Origin: Alphaproteobacteria bacterium
Lineage (GTDB): Bacteria; Pseudomonadota; Alphaproteobacteria; GCA-2746255
Direction: 5' to 3'
Assembly (NCBI GenBank): GCA_965249135.1
Contig: OZ252220.1
Location: forward strand, 224,001-288,000
DNA length: 64,000 nt
Of this stretch, positions 40,840 to 50,341 are shown one piece after another. The position numbers were made by a program, and so were the translations under genes. Numbering within the stretch: the first letter of the stretch is position 1; each line of letters opens with the position of its first letter. The notes below the pieces were generated by a model. It saw only the letters and a list, made by a program, of their open reading frames with translations. It searched no databases and had not been told where the DNA came from.

Positions 40840-41595
40840 ATGCCGAGACGACCGTTGCATGGAAGGGCCAGGGAGGGGTTGTGGGATACGGTCCGCACGA
40901 TCGTCTATGCAATTCTGATTGCGCTCGTTGCGCGCACCGTCGCCTATGAGCCTTTCAATATTCCATCCAGCTCGATGGTGCCGACGCTTTTGGTCGGCGA
41001 CTATCTGTTCGTTTCGAAATATTCTTATGGCTATAGCCGTTATTCATTGCCCTTCGGCGTGCCGCTGATTGCAGATCGGATTTTCTTTACGGCGCCCGAG
41101 CGGGGGGACGTTGCGGTTTTCAAATTGTCATCCGATAACCATACGGATTACATCAAGCGGATCATTGGCTTGCCTGAGGACGAGATCCAGATGAAGGAGG
41201 GCCGCCTTTACATCAACGGCGAAAAGGTGAAACGCGAATCCACCGAAGATTTCACGATGTGGAATTCCCACGGATCGCCAAGGGCGGTCCGGCAGTATAT
41301 TGAGACGTTGCCGAGCGGGCGTAGCTATCGCATCCTCGAGGCCTCGGATGAGGGGCAGCTCGATAACACGCCGGTCTATAAAGTGCCGCCCGGTCACTAT
41401 TTTGCGATGGGGGACAATCGGGACAACTCGCTCGATAGCCGGGCCAAGTACGGTGTTGGGTTTGTTCCCGAGAACAACCTCGTCGGACGCGCGGAAGTCC
41501 TGTTCTTCTCGGTCAACGGGGAAACGCGTATCTGGGAAGTCTGGAAATGGCCGATGGCGATTCGCTTTCGCCGTTTCTTCCTGACGGTCGATTGA
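40840..41595 (+). CDS. lepB: Signal peptidase I
   Basis: EPFNIPSSSMVPTLLVGD, DYIKRIIGLP, GDNRDNSLDSR. Confidence 0.96.
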   Translation: MPRRPLHGRAREGLWDTVRTIVYAILIALVARTVAYEPFNIPSSSMVPTLLVGDYLFVSKYSYGYSRYSLPFGVPLIADRIFFTAPERGDVAVFKLSSDNHTDYIKRIIGLPEDEIQMKEGRLYINGEKVKRESTEDFTMWNSHGSPRAVRQYIETLPSGRSYRILEASDEGQLDNTPVYKVPPGHYFAMGDNRDNSLDSRAKYGVGFVPENNLVGRAEVLFFSVNGETRIWEVWKWPMAIRFRRFFLTVD

Positions 41596-42284
41596 TGATG
41601 GGGGCCGGTGCCTCGCTGGTCGGGCTGATGGAGACGCTCGACCATCCCTTTGCGGACCCGGCGTTGCTGGAAGAGGCGCTTACCCATCCAAGTGACGGCG
41701 ATGCGCTAAGACCGGATTACGAGCGTCTCGAATTCCTGGGCGATCGGGTGCTTAGTCTGGTCATCGCCGACCATCTGCTGCACCGCTTCCCAACCGAGCC
41801 GGAAGGCTCGCTCGCCAAGCGCCATGCCGCGCTGGTCTGCCGCGAGGCGTTGATCCTTGTGGCCGAAAGGATCGGCCTCGAAGCGCATCTTCACCTCAAT
41901 CAGGGCAAGGAGCGGGAGCGGCCATCGCGCCTTGCGGACTCGTTGGAGGCGGTGATCGCCGCCCTCTATCTGGATGGCGGCCTTCCGGTGGCCAGGCGCT
42001 TCATCGAACGGCACTGGCAAGCTGCCATCGAGGCCATGCCCATACCGCCTGAGGATGCGAAGACCCGCCTTCAGGAATGGGCGCAGGCGCGTGGGCTTTC
42101 GCTTCCCGCCTATCAAACCATTGCCCGCACCGGGCCGGATCACCAGCCGACCTTCACCGTCCAGCTCAAAATCGAGGGTTTTCCACCCTTAAGCGCAAGC
42201 GGGTCCACGAAACGGGCCGCCGAAACCGAAGCCGCCGCCCACCTGCTGACAAAGATCGAAGGGGGCGGCAATGGCGAAGGATAA
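41595..42284 (+). CDS. rnc: Ribonuclease III
   Basis: ALTHPS, YERLEFLGDRVL, ADSLEAVIAALYLDGG, dsRBD DAKTRLQEW. Confidence 0.96.
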   Translation: MMGAGASLVGLMETLDHPFADPALLEEALTHPSDGDALRPDYERLEFLGDRVLSLVIADHLLHRFPTEPEGSLAKRHAALVCREALILVAERIGLEAHLHLNQGKERERPSRLADSLEAVIAALYLDGGLPVARRFIERHWQAAIEAMPIPPEDAKTRLQEWAQARGLSLPAYQTIARTGPDHQPTFTVQLKIEGFPPLSASGSTKRAAETEAAAHLLTKIEGGGNGEG

Positions 42285-43176
42285 GGAACGCCGTTTTGCC
42301 TTCATCGCCGTCGTCGGGGCGCCGAATGTGGGGAAATCGACGCTGATCAACCGCCTCGTCGGCGCGAAGGTGACGATCGTTACCCCGAAGGTCCAAACGA
42401 CGCGAACGCTCGTGCGAGGCATCTGTATCGAAGGTGCCTCGCAACTCGTTTTCGTGGACACGCCTGGCATCTTTCAGCCGAAACGCAGGCTCGAGCGCGC
42501 CATGGTGGCGGCCGCTTGGAGCGGGGCGGCAGACGCAGATAGCGTCCTTCTCCTCATCGATGCCGAACAAGGTGTTTCGAAAGAAACCGACCAGATCATC
42601 GAGGGCTTAAGGAAGACAAAGCGAAAAGCCATCCTTGTCCTCAACAAGATCGACCGGATCAAGCGGGAAAAGCTCCTCGGTCTTGCGGCGCAATTGAATG
42701 AAAGCGAAATTTTCACGGAAACCTTCATGATCTCGGCGCTGAAAGGCGATGGCGTTCTGGACCTGCTTCACCATTTGGCTGGGTCGGCGCCAAAAGGCCC
42801 CTGGATGTTTCCGGAAGATCAGATCTCCGATCTTCCTTCCCGCCTGCTGGCCGCCGAAATCACCCGCGAGAAGCTGTTTCTGCAGCTTCGTCAGGAACTC
42901 CCCTATGCCCTTACCGTGACGACGGAAAGTTTCAAGGAGCGCGAAGGAGGCGACATCCGGATCGAACAGGTGATCCTGGTTCAGCGCGCCAGTCAGAAGG
43001 CGATCGTGCTGGGAGAAGGCGGCAGCCGCATCAAGGATGTCGGCTCGGCGGCCCGCCACGAGCTGGAAGAACTCTTGGACGCGCGCGTTCACCTTTTTCT
43101 TCATGTCAAGGTGCGGAAAGATTGGCTCGACAATCCGGAACATTACCGCGAACTTGGCCTCGACTATGGGGCCTGA
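42271..43176 (+). CDS. era: GTPase Era
   Basis: GAPNVGKSTL, QTTR, DTPG, NKID, AEITREK, KH domain. Confidence 0.97.
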   Translation: MAKDKERRFAFIAVVGAPNVGKSTLINRLVGAKVTIVTPKVQTTRTLVRGICIEGASQLVFVDTPGIFQPKRRLERAMVAAAWSGAADADSVLLLIDAEQGVSKETDQIIEGLRKTKRKAILVLNKIDRIKREKLLGLAAQLNESEIFTETFMISALKGDGVLDLLHHLAGSAPKGPWMFPEDQISDLPSRLLAAEITREKLFLQLRQELPYALTVTTESFKEREGGDIRIEQVILVQRASQKAIVLGEGGSRIKDVGSAARHELEELLDARVHLFLHVKVRKDWLDNPEHYRELGLDYGA

Positions 43177-43178
43177 AC

Positions 43179-43913
43179 ATGGATTGGACGGATGACGGTA
43201 TCGTGCTCGGCCTGCGCAAGCATGGCGAGAACGCTGCCATCGTGACGCTTTTTACGGCTGCGCATGGCCGGCATCTGGGCATCGTTCATGGCGGCAGCGG
43301 CCGGCGGGCGCGCGGCATCTATCAGCCGGGAAATCTGGTAAACGCGCGGTGGCGGGCACGCGTGAGCGAGCAGCTCGGCAGCTTTACGTGCGAGCTCGGC
43401 CGAAGCTTCGCGGGCGCCGCCCTTGACGATCGCCTTCGCCTGGCCGCCTTGACCTCGGCGTGTGCGGTCGCCAACGCGACCCTTCCAGAACGCGAGCCCC
43501 ATGGCGCCGCCTATCAGGGCTTGCTCGATTTTCTCGAAACCCTGGAGACGCCGGATTGGCCGTGCACCTATGTGCGCTGGGAACTGCTGCTGCTGGCCGA
43601 GCTTGGTTACGGGCTCGAACTTACGACATGCGCGGCAACGGGGAGCGTGGCGGACCTTCTCTACGTCTCGCCGAAATCCGGCCGCGCCGTTTCGGCCCAT
43701 GCAGGGGCGCCCTATACGGACCGCCTGTTGCCCTTGCCGGCCTTCCTGCTGGGCGATGCGCCTTGGGACGAGGACGCCATCCAGGACGGGCTCAGGCTGA
43801 CCGGTCACTTCCTGGATCGCCATGTCTTCACCACCCGTAAACAGGGCGAGCCGCCCGCCCGATCCCGATTTCTGGCCCAATTTCTGGGGTGTATGCTAGA
43901 AAAGACCACATGA
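43179..43913 (+). CDS. recO: DNA repair protein RecO
   Basis: MDWTDDGIVL..HGE, QPGN, WELLLLAELGYGL, CAATG, YVSPKSGRAVS. Confidence 0.95.
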   Translation: MDWTDDGIVLGLRKHGENAAIVTLFTAAHGRHLGIVHGGSGRRARGIYQPGNLVNARWRARVSEQLGSFTCELGRSFAGAALDDRLRLAALTSACAVANATLPEREPHGAAYQGLLDFLETLETPDWPCTYVRWELLLLAELGYGLELTTCAATGSVADLLYVSPKSGRAVSAHAGAPYTDRLLPLPAFLLGDAPWDEDAIQDGLRLTGHFLDRHVFTTRKQGEPPARSRFLAQFLGCMLEKTT

Positions 43914-43979
43914 CCTGGCATGATTATCGGCATTGGATGATGGCGCCTTGGCGGGCCTTGGCGGAAATCTGGCAGCGCG

Positions 43980-44445
43980 TTATCGACGACCTGCGCCTGC
44001 TATGAAGATTTCATAATTGCAGCGCCAGACTTTGGCCTGAGCATGCTCGGCTTGCGCCTCTCGGCCCGTTTGTCCGAGCCGGCCGTAGACGCCGGCTTCA
44101 TGTTGCAGATGGTGGGTCATTTCATGGACCCGAAGCGCTTGGCTGGCGTTCTGGATGACCCAAACGGTGGGATCCGTTTCGGGGTGTTCCGGCGGCAGAT
44201 AAAGGCCGCTCGCGCGGAAGGCCGCATTGCCGCCACGGCGATCGCTCTCGGCTAGGATATCCTCGGTCGTCCGGATCTCGATCGCCGGCGGGCCGGCCGG
44301 CGGGAGCCCGGTCAACCAGGCGGCGCAGACGGCCGCCTGGGCCCAGGGATCCCGGACGACGTCGCCAGCACCTGGCGCGCTCGCGCAGGCGCCGAGAAGG
44401 ATGGTCAGGACGAGAAAAAATGTGGCGAAATTCTGCCATTACCAT
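43980..44445 (-). pseudogene. Lipoprotein with HExxH zincin motif (DUF6647-like), frameshifted in a T6 run within the signal peptide
   Basis: ATG44445/44439 MAEFRHIF, then +1 shift at the A6 run 44415-44420, then LVLTILLGA-C lipobox, continuing into ORF 43980-44315 with LRVHEMTHHLQ and REAQA. Confidence 0.7.
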
Positions 44446-44755
44446 GGCAGACTTTTCCGTTTTGTTCCTCAAAATTCCCAAGAAAGGATACGAGGCTTTT
44501 AAACATCTAATCGACGCGCTACCCTCCCCCAACCTTCACTCTAATTTGAGTGGGCTATTTGGGTATATTCCCAAATTAACCATGAAAACGAGGCATGATG
44601 AGATACTGCCATTGCCATGTCATGCATTTTCGTTTTTTTCGCAAAATTGCCCGAATGGGAATTCTTTGGCTTCGCCGGCATCGGGTAAGTTGCTGAAGCT
44701 ACTATAAATTGTGTTATTATCGCCAAGCACCACTACCCTTGGTATAAAGGCGGCG

Positions 44756-46978
44756 ATGCGGAACACGGCAGCCGCCCCGAAAGTACGTGACATCGGCTTC
44801 GCCGAGGCGCTTGGCGAACGCTACTTGGCCTATGCCCTTTCCACGATCATGTCGCGCTCGCTGCCGGATGTGCGCGACGGGCTGAAGCCCGTCCACCGGC
44901 GACTCTTGTTCGCGATGCGCGGGCTGCATCTCGACCCCAAATCCGGCTACAAGAAATGCGCCCGCGTGGTTGGCGACGTCATCGGCAAGTACCATCCCCA
45001 TGGCGACGTCGCCGTTTACGACGCCCTCGTGCGCCTCGCCCAATCCTTTGCCGCGCGCTACCCGCTGGTCGATGGGCAGGGCAATTTCGGCAACGTGGAT
45101 GGCGATAATGCCGCTGCCATGCGCTACACGGAGGCCAAACTCACGGAAGTGGCGAGGCTGCTTCTGGACGGGATCGACGAAGACGCCGTCGACTTTCGCA
45201 CGACCTATGACGGCGAGGCGGTCGAACCCCTCGTGCTGCCGGCCTGCTTCCCCAATCTTCTGGCGAACGGGGCGACCGGCATCGCCGTCGGCATGGCGAC
45301 GAACATTCCACCCCATAACGTGGATGAAATTGCCGCAGCCCTGCTTCACCTGATCCGCTTCCCTAAGGCGACGATCCCGAAACTCGTGGAACTCATGCCG
45401 GGCCCGGACTTTCCCTCCGGCGGCGTGCTCATCGAGGAACCGGCCAACATCGTTGAGGCCTACCGCACCGGCCGTGGCAGCTTTCGGCTGCGCGCCCGCT
45501 GGAAGGTCGAGGATCTGGGCCGCGGCACCTATCGGATCGTGGTGAGCGAAATCCCCTATCAGGTGCAAAAGGCGCGGCTCATCCAGAAAATTGCCGATCT
45601 TCTGCAGGCAAAAAAGCTGCCCATGCTTGAGGACATCCATGACGAATCGACGGAAGACATTCGTCTCGTCTTCGAGCCCAGGAATCGCAACGTCGATGCG
45701 GCCGTCCTCATGGAGTCCCTTTTCCGGCAGACGAACCTCGAAATTCGCTTCGGGTTGAACCTAAACGTGCTTACGGCGGCGAGCGTGCCACGCGTCATGA
45801 ACCTGCGCGACGTCCTGCAGGCCTTCCTGGACCACCGTCACGAGGTGCTTCGCCGGCGCACCAAGTTTCGTCTCGCGAAAATCGAAGAACGCCTCGAGAT
45901 TCTGAAAGGCTATCTCGTCGTCTATTTGAACCTCGACAAGGTAATCCGAATCTTGCGCAAGGAAGATGAACCGAAGCCGGTTCTCAGGAAGACATTCAAA
46001 CTGACCGATGCGCAGGCCGAAGCGATCCTCAACATGCGGCTTCGCGCCCTTCGCAAGCTCGAGGAAAAGCGTCTCAAGGAAGAGTTTGATCTTCTTACGA
46101 AAGAGAACCGCACCCTGCGGACGCTCCTCAAGGACAAGGACAAACGCTGGAAGGCGATCGCCGACGAAATTGCAAGCATCCGCAAGCAGTTTTCGAAGAA
46201 AACGCACCTAGGCGCACGGCGCACGACGTTCGAGGCGGCACCCGAAGACGTCGACCTTACCTTCGAGACGATGATCGAGAAGGAGCCGATCACCGTGCTT
46301 TGCTCGGAGAAGGGATGGATTCGCGCCGCGAAGGGCCACGTCGGCGGCGAGAACGGGGTGAAGTACAAGGAAGGGGACGGGCCGAAGTTCGAGGTGCACG
46401 CCGAGACGACGGACAAGCTGCTTCTGTTTGCCTCGAACGGACGTTTCTACACGCTCGCCGCCGATCGTCTGCCGCGCGGTCGCGGCCATGGGGAACCGGT
46501 GCGTCTGCTCGTCGATCTTGGCAACGAAGACGAGGTCGTCACGCTCTTTGTGCATGAGCCGGGACGGAAGCTCTTGCTCGCTTCTTCCGATGGCCGCGGT
46601 TTCGTGACGGAAGAAGACGGCGTCATCGCCCAGACGCGCGCCGGCAAGCAGGCGCTGAATCTGGTCGAAGGGGTCACCGCACGGGCAAGCGCAGTTGTTA
46701 AAGGCGATCATGTCGCCGTCGTCGGCAAGAACCGGAAACTGTTGATCTTTCCCTTGGACGAGCTCTCCGAGATGGGCCGCGGAAGGGGCAATATTCTCCA
46801 GCGCTATCAGAAAGGCGAATTGTCGGATGCAAAAACCTTTGCGCTGGACGAAGGCCTCGGCTGGCGAAGTGGTGAGCGCACGCGCATCGAGACGGATATT
46901 AAAGCCTGGATCGGCAAACGTGGCGGGGCCGGGCGCATCGTGCCCAAGGGGTTCGCGAAATCGAACCGGTTTGGGTAG
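44756..46978 (+). CDS. parC: DNA topoisomerase IV subunit A
   Basis: [42 protein letters not shown]; short CTD and no GyrA box. Confidence 0.95.
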   Translation: MRNTAAAPKVRDIGFAEALGERYLAYALSTIMSRSLPDVRDGLKPVHRRLLFAMRGLHLDPKSGYKKCARVVGDVIGKYHPHGDVAVYDALVRLAQSFAARYPLVDGQGNFGNVDGDNAAAMRYTEAKLTEVARLLLDGIDEDAVDFRTTYDGEAVEPLVLPACFPNLLANGATGIAVGMATNIPPHNVDEIAAALLHLIRFPKATIPKLVELMPGPDFPSGGVLIEEPANIVEAYRTGRGSFRLRARWKVEDLGRGTYRIVVSEIPYQVQKARLIQKIADLLQAKKLPMLEDIHDESTEDIRLVFEPRNRNVDAAVLMESLFRQTNLEIRFGLNLNVLTAASVPRVMNLRDVLQAFLDHRHEVLRRRTKFRLAKIEERLEILKGYLVVYLNLDKVIRILRKEDEPKPVLRKTFKLTDAQAEAILNMRLRALRKLEEKRLKEEFDLLTKENRTLRTLLKDKDKRWKAIADEIASIRKQFSKKTHLGARRTTFEAAPEDVDLTFETMIEKEPITVLCSEKGWIRAAKGHVGGENGVKYKEGDGPKFEVHAETTDKLLLFASNGRFYTLAADRLPRGRGHGEPVRLLVDLGNEDEVVTLFVHEPGRKLLLASSDGRGFVTEEDGVIAQTRAGKQALNLVEGVTARASAVVKGDHVAVVGKNRKLLIFPLDELSEMGRGRGNILQRYQKGELSDAKTFALDEGLGWRSGERTRIETDIKAWIGKRGGAGRIVPKGFAKSNRFG

Positions 46979-46990
46979 GGGGGGCTTGGC

Positions 46991-48133
46991 CTAGCTCTCG
47001 GCGCCCATCCGCCGTATCCGTAAGTAGCCTCCTTCCCCGTAGGGGCTGTAGCGAATGGCGTTCTTGCGAAAGGCGATGAAGGAGCGGTAGGTCCGCCCGG
47101 TGATGTCGTCGACGCCTTCGAGTTCGGCGAGAACCGCCTCGGTGGCTTTCCAAAGCGCCTTCACGACGTCGTCCGGGAAATGCTCGATCTCGACTCGATG
47201 GTCTTGTTTAAGCGTCTCCAGCGCCTGAGCATTGCGCACGGCGTATTCCGCGATCATCTCGTCGTTTTCCATCTGACAGGCGGCGGCGATGATGTCTTTC
47301 AGGTGCCGTGGTAGTGCTTCGTATTTTTCGAGATTGACCATGAGCTCGAGCGTCGTACCCGGCTCGTGGAATCCGGGGCCATAATAGTATTTCGTGATCT
47401 TGTGAAACCCGAAGGCGACGTCGTTCCAAGGCCCGATCCACTCCGTCGCGTCGATGGCGCCGGTCTGCAGCGCCCCGAAAAGCTCGGTTCCGGAGATGTT
47501 GACGGCCGCCGCCCCCACCCGGCGCAGGACTTCCGCGCCAAGACCGGGCATCCGCATCTTCAGCCCCTTGAAATCTTCGATCGAACGGATCTTTCGATTG
47601 AACCAGCCACCCATCTGGGTGCCGGAATTGCCGGCGATGAACCCTTTGAGGCCGAATTTTGCATAAAGCTCGTCCCAAAGTTCCTGGCCGCCGCCGTAGC
47701 GTACCCACCCCGTCTGCTCCGCCGCCGTCAGTCCGAAGGGCACGGAAGCAAAGAAATTCGCCGCCTTCGATTTTCCCTGCCAGTAATAGGAAGCGGCATG
47801 GGCAAGCTCCGCCACGCCCTGGGAGACCGCATCGAAGCATTCGAAGGCCGGCACCAGCTCGTTGGCCGCAAAGACCTTGACCGTAAGCTCGCCCTCGCTT
47901 AAGCGCGTGATGCATTCCGCGCAGCGTTCGGCGCCAACGCCCAAGCCCGGCATGTTCTTTGGCCAAGAGGTCACCATCTTCCATCGATGGGTTTTTCGCT
48001 TTCTCCCTGAGGCCGTGCGCACGCTCTTCTCCGGTCCGCCGGCCGGCTTCGTGCCGCCGCCAAGCGCATAGGCGCCGGCCGCGCCAACGGCGAGGCCCGC
48101 GCCAGCTCCGGCAAGGAAGTCACGGCGCTTCAT
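46991..48133 (-). CDS. TRAP transporter substrate-binding protein (DctP, TakP-like), Tat-exported
   Basis: MKRRDFL Tat signal, WKMVTSWP, YYWQGK, GNSGTQMGGWF, GLKMRMPGLG, DATEWIGP, GFHEPG. Confidence 0.93.
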   Translation of the reverse strand: MKRRDFLAGAGAGLAVGAAGAYALGGGTKPAGGPEKSVRTASGRKRKTHRWKMVTSWPKNMPGLGVGAERCAECITRLSEGELTVKVFAANELVPAFECFDAVSQGVAELAHAASYYWQGKSKAANFFASVPFGLTAAEQTGWVRYGGGQELWDELYAKFGLKGFIAGNSGTQMGGWFNRKIRSIEDFKGLKMRMPGLGAEVLRRVGAAAVNISGTELFGALQTGAIDATEWIGPWNDVAFGFHKITKYYYGPGFHEPGTTLELMVNLEKYEALPRHLKDIIAAACQMENDEMIAEYAVRNAQALETLKQDHRVEIEHFPDDVVKALWKATEAVLAELEGVDDITGRTYRSFIAFRKNAIRYSPYGEGGYLRIRRMGAES

Positions 48134-48171
48134 GTCTTTCCTCGACTCTCGTGGGGCTGGTTAGAAAAATA

Positions 48172-48921
48172 TTATAGTTCAATTACTTGCCAGCCATCCT
48201 CGCCGAATCCCTCGAGCGGCTGGAAGCGGGTCTTGTAGGTCATCTTCCTGCACTCGGCAATCCAGTAACCGAGATAGGTGTGGGGAAGCTCGCGCGCCCG
48301 CGCCTGTTCGATCAGCCATAAAATGAGCAAGCTGCCCAGGCTGCATCGGGTTTCCTTGGGCTCGAAGAAGCCGTAAACGGCCGACGGCCCGTCGCGCAGC
48401 CAGTCGATGAGCCCGACAAGGACGAGTCGGCCATCGGGCTTTCGAAACTCGATCAACCGGGTCTCCGGAAGGCCTTCTTCGACGATGGCGCGGTAGTCGG
48501 AGAAATCCATCGTCGCCATATCGCCATCGCCATGACGGGTAAGCTGATAGCGGCGAAACAACCAGAACTGTTCGGGCGTGGCGACCGCAGGCCGCTCCAA
48601 AACCTTGAGATCGGCGTTCAGGTTTTGGATGCGCCGATGGCTGCGGCCCGCGCGGAATTTTTCCGCCAAAACCCGAACGGACACGCAGGCCGAACAGCCC
48701 AGGCAATCCGGCCGGTAGGCGAACCGGCCGGTGCGGCGAAATCCCGTCTGGGAAAGGCGATCGTAGCGTTCGCTGGCATCGGGCCCGGTGAGATCCACGG
48801 CGATGCGGCTTTCCACTTGGCCCTCGAGATAGGGGCAGGTGAGCTGCGGCGTACGGAAAACGAACGCCCGGCTTCGCGGCAGGGAAAGTTCAGGGTCGAA
48901 GGCGTGGGGGTTTTTGTCCAT
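48172..48921 (-). CDS. bpt: Aspartate/glutamate leucyltransferase (ATE-like, N-degron pathway)
   Basis: CPYLEG, GFRRTG..YRPDC..C.ACVSVR, RYQLTRHGDGDM, SAVY, YLGYWI..CRKMTYK.RFQP. Confidence 0.9.
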   Translation of the reverse strand: MDKNPHAFDPELSLPRSRAFVFRTPQLTCPYLEGQVESRIAVDLTGPDASERYDRLSQTGFRRTGRFAYRPDCLGCSACVSVRVLAEKFRAGRSHRRIQNLNADLKVLERPAVATPEQFWLFRRYQLTRHGDGDMATMDFSDYRAIVEEGLPETRLIEFRKPDGRLVLVGLIDWLRDGPSAVYGFFEPKETRCSLGSLLILWLIEQARARELPHTYLGYWIAECRKMTYKTRFQPLEGFGEDGWQVIEL

Positions 48922-48987
48922 CGATCTTAAGCTATGTCACCTTTCCCTAGCATTACCGCGATCGTACGCTCCGGACAAGGGAGCCCT

Positions 48988-49124
48988 TTACCCACCGATC
49001 TCGCTTAGGATGCGCATCCAGATCGGGCGCCGAGCTCGGCCAGCACCATCGTGCAGTAAGGCCCGGCCAGGACCCGTGTCAGATCGAGTACGGTGATGCC
49101 GCTAAGCGGCCCCGAAACTGCCAT
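48988..49124 (-). pseudogene. Internal-deletion scar of a CaiB/BaiF (family III) CoA-transferase
   Basis: RBS plus ATG49124: [34 protein letters not shown], joined directly to C-terminal-like APDLDA...RILSEIGG* in shifted frames. Confidence 0.85.
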
Positions 49125-49183
49125 CCTCTTTGCTCCTTCGCGCGCGCGTGGCGCGCGCGTGTGGCGCGTGTGTGGGGAAGGTC

Positions 49184-50203
<1,020 letters not shown>

Positions 50204-50341
50204 TTAGGCTCCTTCGCTGCCCGTTAAGGGCAATATCGTTATATATCCGTTGGTTGGTATAATCGGGTGCGGATGATAGAAACAAGCGCCTAGCTTGTGC
50301 AACCGGATTTCCCTTGAGAATCGGGGGCGTCGGAGAAACCC

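Noticed and set aside
44446-44755. AT-rich stretch with short ORFs upstream of parC
   Set aside because: No recognisable coding or RNA motif; most simply a divergent promoter region.
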